A stretch of DNA of 64,000 nt from Blastocatellia bacterium (GTDB lineage: Bacteria > Acidobacteriota > Blastocatellia > Pyrinomonadales > Pyrinomonadaceae), in contig CAVSZR010000001.1 in NCBI GenBank assembly GCA_963732475.1, positions 11,631-75,630 of the forward strand. The letters are read 5' to 3'. Positions 60,150 to 64,000 of the stretch are shown piece after piece. Each line of letters opens with the position of its first letter. Position 1 is the stretch's first letter. The translations under genes were made by a program, and so were the position numbers. Below the pieces are notes generated by a model that was not told where the DNA came from, searched no databases, and worked only from the letters and a program-made list of their open reading frames with translations.

Positions 60150-61058
60150 TTATTTTACGTTTGGCGGTTGGGCATTCTTGGTGCGGAGGGTTATACCGTC
60201 GTCGGCGACAAGAAATACACGTCGGACATCATAAGTCGACGTGTTAACAGGCAGGTAAGACAAAAGGTAGCGGTTTCGGCGGAGCTCTTCGCAAATGAAC
60301 TTTGCCGCTGGTTGGGCTTCGTCGATCGGAAATGTTTTCCCGCCGGTTCCTTCTGTTAGCTGGGTAATTACCGACCCGGCCTTGGGTGCGTCGCGACGGT
60401 AGGAACCACCCGTTCGATCCGGGATCTGAAGGGCATAAACGGTTATGTTCTGATATTGAAGTTCGGCAAGGATCTTGTCGAAAGGAGTGTTGCTGCCGCG
60501 GTCCAATCCGTCGCCGATGACAACAACAGCCGTCTTGCGGGTTCCGGGCATTAGGGGCAGCAGAATTTCGTTGACCGTGGAGTTTAGCGCGTCGAAGAGA
60601 AATGGATTTCCCTTTTTTCGAAAGGTCACGAGGGCCTTTTCCATTTTCTTGGCGTCATCGGTCCATTCCTGAACGATCTCGGCCTTTTCGTCGTAAGCGA
60701 GCACGAACAATTGGTCGCCGTCGAATATCTCGTAGGCAAACTCCATCGTTGCCTTTCTTAGTTTTTCAACGTCGGCCGGTAGCGTTTGAGAATTATCGAC
60801 AAGCAATACTATTTTCGAAGGGGACGGATCGTAACTCAACCCCTTTATTCTCTGTTCAACCCCATTCTCGTATAGGTAAAAATTCTCAACCCTGAGCGGG
60901 TCGGTCTTGCTGTCGGTCCGCCATGCGGCCACGCTCAAAATGGAGCCCTCGAGGTCAGAGGCTCGAACACTGCGGCGCGATTGCGAAAACGCTTCAGTGC
61001 CCAGGATCAAAAGGCACAGGGTGGAAATCAGCAATCGAGCGGTCACAGTGTTCATCAA
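60150..61058 (-). CDS. VWA domain-containing protein (acidobacterial VWFA-related type)
   Basis: It has a signal peptide and VLLVDNSQTL (MIDAS-like). The C-terminus YRLSYLP-type (NRYLLSYLP) is typical of the TIGR03436-like family. Confidence 0.75.
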   Translation of the reverse strand: MMNTVTARLLISTLCLLILGTEAFSQSRRSVRASDLEGSILSVAAWRTDSKTDPLRVENFYLYENGVEQRIKGLSYDPSPSKIVLLVDNSQTLPADVEKLRKATMEFAYEIFDGDQLFVLAYDEKAEIVQEWTDDAKKMEKALVTFRKKGNPFLFDALNSTVNEILLPLMPGTRKTAVVVIGDGLDRGSNTPFDKILAELQYQNITVYALQIPDRTGGSYRRDAPKAGSVITQLTEGTGGKTFPIDEAQPAAKFICEELRRNRYLLSYLPVNTSTYDVRRVFLVADDGITLRTKNAQPPNVK

Positions 61059-61402
61059 TCTTTCTTCGCGGATGTATCAGTTTTCGACGCCGCGGGCGCA
61101 TCACTTTTCGTGTTGGATGCAGCATCTGTCTTTGCAGTTGATTCGCCGGACGAAGTTTTTTCAGTTTTTTCGCTCGCCGAAGGTTTTTCGCCGGTGTCAG
61201 CCTTGTCCGCCGACGGGCTTTTCTTCCCTGCGTAGTCGGTCACATACCAGCCTGCTCCCTTAAATTGAAACCCGGAAAGCGATATTTGCTTTTCAAGCTT
61301 TCCGCCGCACTTTTCGCACTCGGTCAACGGATCTTCGGATATGGACTGTCGTTTTTCAATATGCGTTCCGCATTTCTGACATTGATACTCGTAAATAGGC
61401 AT
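61055..61402 (-). CDS. FmdB-family zinc-ribbon protein
   Basis: MPIYEYQCQKCG...CEKCGG is the CxxC...CxxC signature of the FmdB/CxxC_CxxC_SSSS family. Its stop overlaps the downstream VWA start. Confidence 0.8.
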   Translation of the reverse strand: MPIYEYQCQKCGTHIEKRQSISEDPLTECEKCGGKLEKQISLSGFQFKGAGWYVTDYAGKKSPSADKADTGEKPSASEKTEKTSSGESTAKTDAASNTKSDAPAASKTDTSAKKD

Positions 61403-61457
61403 AAATTACAGGACAAAAAGATCTACTATGTTAATAAATGTATTCTAAACAAAATTC

Positions 61458-62468
61458 CTATCGATTTGCGGGCGTATTCACGGCTACCTCGATCGTATGT
61501 TCAGCGAGGAACCGCTCGGCGTCGATGGCGGCCATGCAGCCGGTGCCGGCGGCGGTGACGGCTTGGCGGTAGTACGAATCCTGGGCGTCTCCGCAGGCGA
61601 AAACGCCTTCGATATTCGTCCGCATCGTCTTGCCTTCCGTGATCAGGTACCCGACATCGTCCATATCAAGTTTTCCTTTGAACAAGTCTGTATTCGGTTT
61701 GTGGCCGATCGCGATAAATACCCCTTGCGTCGGGAATGTCGTTGTCTCGTTCGTTTTGTTGTTATAAAGCACTACGCTTTCGACGCCGGTCTCTTTTGAG
61801 CCGTGGATCTCCTTCACGTCCGTATTCCAAAGCACATCTATCTTCTCATGCGCGAGCACGCGTTCCTGCATTATCTTCGATGCACGGAACTCGTCGCGGC
61901 GGTGAATAACCGTCACCTTTGACCCAAATTTTGTCAGGAATAGGGCTTCTTCCATCGCCGTATCCCCGCCTCCGACAACCACGATCGGCTTATCGCGAAA
62001 AAAGAAGCCGTCGCAGGTTGCACAGGCCGAGACGCCATTGCCGCCAAGACCTTCAGGTACCGGCGCTTCACCCGGAATGCCCAGCCATTTTGCCGATGCG
62101 CCGGTCGAGATGATCAGCGTATCGGCCTTAATAATCGTGGTTATCTCGTCGCTGTCGGCGCTTTCCTTGCCATAAAGTTTGAACGGGCGCTCGGAAAGAT
62201 CGACCTCGTCTATCCACAGATCCATAAACTCGGTGCCGAATCGCAAAGCTTGTTCGCGAAACTCATCCATCAGGATCGGGCCCATTATTCCCATCTTGAA
62301 GCCAGGGTAATTTTCGACATCCGTCGTGATCGTTAACTGGCCGCCGGGCTGCGGGCCGTCAACGACGACCGGTGCAAGCTGTGCCCTGGCGGCATAAATG
62401 GCGGCTGTCAAACCGGCCGGTCCGGAACCTAGAATTACTACTTTATGTTCGACCGTTTTCTGGGGCAT
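61458..62468 (-). CDS. trxB: thioredoxin-disulfide reductase
   Basis: ILGSGPAGLTAAIYAAR, the redox-active CATCDG and VVGGGDTAMEEA are present. The ORF is intact. Confidence 0.95.
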   Translation of the reverse strand: MPQKTVEHKVVILGSGPAGLTAAIYAARAQLAPVVVDGPQPGGQLTITTDVENYPGFKMGIMGPILMDEFREQALRFGTEFMDLWIDEVDLSERPFKLYGKESADSDEITTIIKADTLIISTGASAKWLGIPGEAPVPEGLGGNGVSACATCDGFFFRDKPIVVVGGGDTAMEEALFLTKFGSKVTVIHRRDEFRASKIMQERVLAHEKIDVLWNTDVKEIHGSKETGVESVVLYNNKTNETTTFPTQGVFIAIGHKPNTDLFKGKLDMDDVGYLITEGKTMRTNIEGVFACGDAQDSYYRQAVTAAGTGCMAAIDAERFLAEHTIEVAVNTPANR

Positions 62469-62694
62469 ATCTATATTCGCGTCTCTCCGCGTAAAACAAA
62501 TTTGAAATAGTTGCTATGTATATAGTATAACTATCGAGCGCTTAGTTAGTCGAGGCACCTTACAATTAGTTGTAAATATCTATTGCAGCAGCGGCACGGT
62601 GTATTCCCGTTTACCGTCCCGAACGCTATAGATGTTTGTAAAGTGTTCGTGTTAAACTGTTTTCGTTAAACGGCATTTTTAGATACGAGCATAA

Positions 62695-63072
62695 ATGTTG
62701 ACTTCTATGCAGCCTCAGTACGAGGAAAAACGCTTTGCTCTGCGAATGGCTCTGCGGCTCCCGATAGTAGTCTCGGGACGTGCAGATGACGGTGCCGCAT
62801 GGAGCGAACCGACCGAAACCGACGATATCTCAACACTTGGGGCATTATTCCAACTGAACCAGAAGATAGCTTCCGGAGATACGCTCTATATCCGCTCGCA
62901 CAGGCCCGACGGGGTTCCGGTCGAGGTCAAGGCCCAGGTCGTCCGGCTTTCGGCCGCGAGCCACGGCACATCGCGCGTCGGCGTTTCGATCGTCGAGCAA
63001 AAAGAAAGCTGGCTCAGGCTCTTTGTTGCGTGGATAGCCGATGACAACGTAGCCGATGGAGTCGACGAGTAG
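62695..63072 (+). CDS. PilZ domain protein
   Basis: RFALR (RxxxR) and DISTLG (DxSxxG) have the usual PilZ spacing. Confidence 0.6.
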   Translation: MLTSMQPQYEEKRFALRMALRLPIVVSGRADDGAAWSEPTETDDISTLGALFQLNQKIASGDTLYIRSHRPDGVPVEVKAQVVRLSAASHGTSRVGVSIVEQKESWLRLFVAWIADDNVADGVDE

Positions 63073-63147
63073 AACAGACTGTCAGTCTGTTCTTCTTCGC
63101 TCTTAAATTTTTCATCTCAAAAACGACAGGCTAACTGCCTGTCGTAC
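63069..63147. repeat. bipartite REP-like element, copy 2 (GTAGAACAG...CTGTCGTAC)
   Basis: Hairpin AGAACAGACT-gtc-AGTCTGTTCT is at 63071..63093. Hairpin ACGACAGGC-taact-GCCTGTCGT is at 63123..63145, followed by ACATTTTT. It overlaps the PilZ stop codon. Confidence 0.8.
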
Positions 63148-63153
63148 ATTTTT

Positions 63154-63936
63154 ATGTCCAATTACGAAACGATAACTGTCGAGAAGCGTGGCAAGGTAGC
63201 GATCCTTACCATCAACCGGCCCGATAAGCTTAATGCCTTGAGCAGCAAGGTGCATATCGAAGGCGTTGCGGCTCTGGACGATCTGCGAAAGGATGACAGC
63301 GTCCGCGTGCTGGTTATTACCGGAGCGGGCGAAAAATCGTTTATCGCCGGGGCCGACATCAGCGAATTCGAGGGCAAGACGCCGGTGACGCAGCGGGCGA
63401 CGTTTCAGGAAAAGACCTTTTTTAATTCTATAGACACTTTTCCAAAACCGGTCATCGCGATGGTCAACGGCTTCTGCCTTGGCGGCGGAAACGAACTGGC
63501 TCTCGCGTGCGATCTCCGAATCTGCAGCGAGAACGCCAGGTTTTCGCAGCCGGAGATAAATCTTGGGATCATTCCCGGCGGCGGCGGTACGCAGCGTCTT
63601 ACCCGGCTGATCGGCGAAGGGCGTTCGATGGAGATCGTCCTGACCGGCGATATGATCGACGCCGAAACTGCACATCGCTTTGGTTTGGTAAATCATGTTT
63701 ACCCCATCGCCGAGCTCGAATCAAAGACCCTGGAGTTGGCAGCGAAGATCGCGGAAAAGGCCCCGATCGCACTTCAGCTCGCAAAGGAAGCGGTAAAATT
63801 TGCGTCACGTTCGAATCTGGACGAAGGCCTCCGCCGCGAGGTCGATCTGTTTGCGATCTGTTTTTCGACCGAAGACAAACAGGAAGGCGTTTCGGCATTT
63901 CTGGAAAAACGAAAACCGGAATTCAAAGGCAAATAG
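63154..63936 (+). CDS. enoyl-CoA hydratase/isomerase (crotonase) family protein
   Basis: LNALS, VLVITGAGEKSFIAGADI and MVNGFCLGGGNELALACDLRI are crotonase-fold signatures. The ORF is intact. Confidence 0.9.
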   Translation: MSNYETITVEKRGKVAILTINRPDKLNALSSKVHIEGVAALDDLRKDDSVRVLVITGAGEKSFIAGADISEFEGKTPVTQRATFQEKTFFNSIDTFPKPVIAMVNGFCLGGGNELALACDLRICSENARFSQPEINLGIIPGGGGTQRLTRLIGEGRSMEIVLTGDMIDAETAHRFGLVNHVYPIAELESKTLELAAKIAEKAPIALQLAKEAVKFASRSNLDEGLRREVDLFAICFSTEDKQEGVSAFLEKRKPEFKGK

Positions 63937-64000
63937 GGATGTGTTGCTTGACGCTCTGCCGCGATTTCGCTAAATTCAAAGATTGCCGCCTCACCCGGCA

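Overview
This is a 64 kb chromosomal window of moderate GC content (not computed). The gene content looks like an Acidobacteriota-type soil bacterium: two TIGR03436-style VWA proteins, a tamB-Omp85 pair, Tat/PhoD and many REP-like hairpins. That lineage call is inference only. I support about 60 protein-coding genes. I found no rRNA, tRNA or CRISPR array.

Recognisable housekeeping genes are ribBA, ribF, serS, galU, nrdA/nrdB, thyA, trxB, tatA, hldD, asnB, pip, mazG and a mazEF pair.

Main observations:
1. Roughly one gene in three is interrupted by frame shifts, including serS, nrdA, nrdB and galU. The shifts I could localise sit at short homopolymers, so assembly indel error is more likely than decay.
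2. A four-helix-bundle (23S-IVS/Avd-like) ORF sits in the loop of a near-perfect 31-nt inverted repeat. The repeat exactly fills the nrdA-nrdB intercistronic gap.
3. At least six more empty hairpins share the same unusual build, with arms made of three tandem 8-9 nt units. The unit sequence differs between loci. They fill intercistronic gaps elsewhere in the window.
4. A visibly GC-richer segment of about 2.3 kb carries a Tat-dependent PhoD phosphatase. It is inserted at the 3' end of nrdB and is bracketed by a duplicated nrdB 3' end with a 41-nt identical core.
5. A second, bipartite REP-like element (GTAGAACAG...CTGTCGTAC) occurs twice.
6. A cluster of TGTCCC/GGGACA motifs lies in a 470-bp divergent intergenic region.

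All coordinates of frameshifted genes are envelopes. Exact shift positions are approximate.
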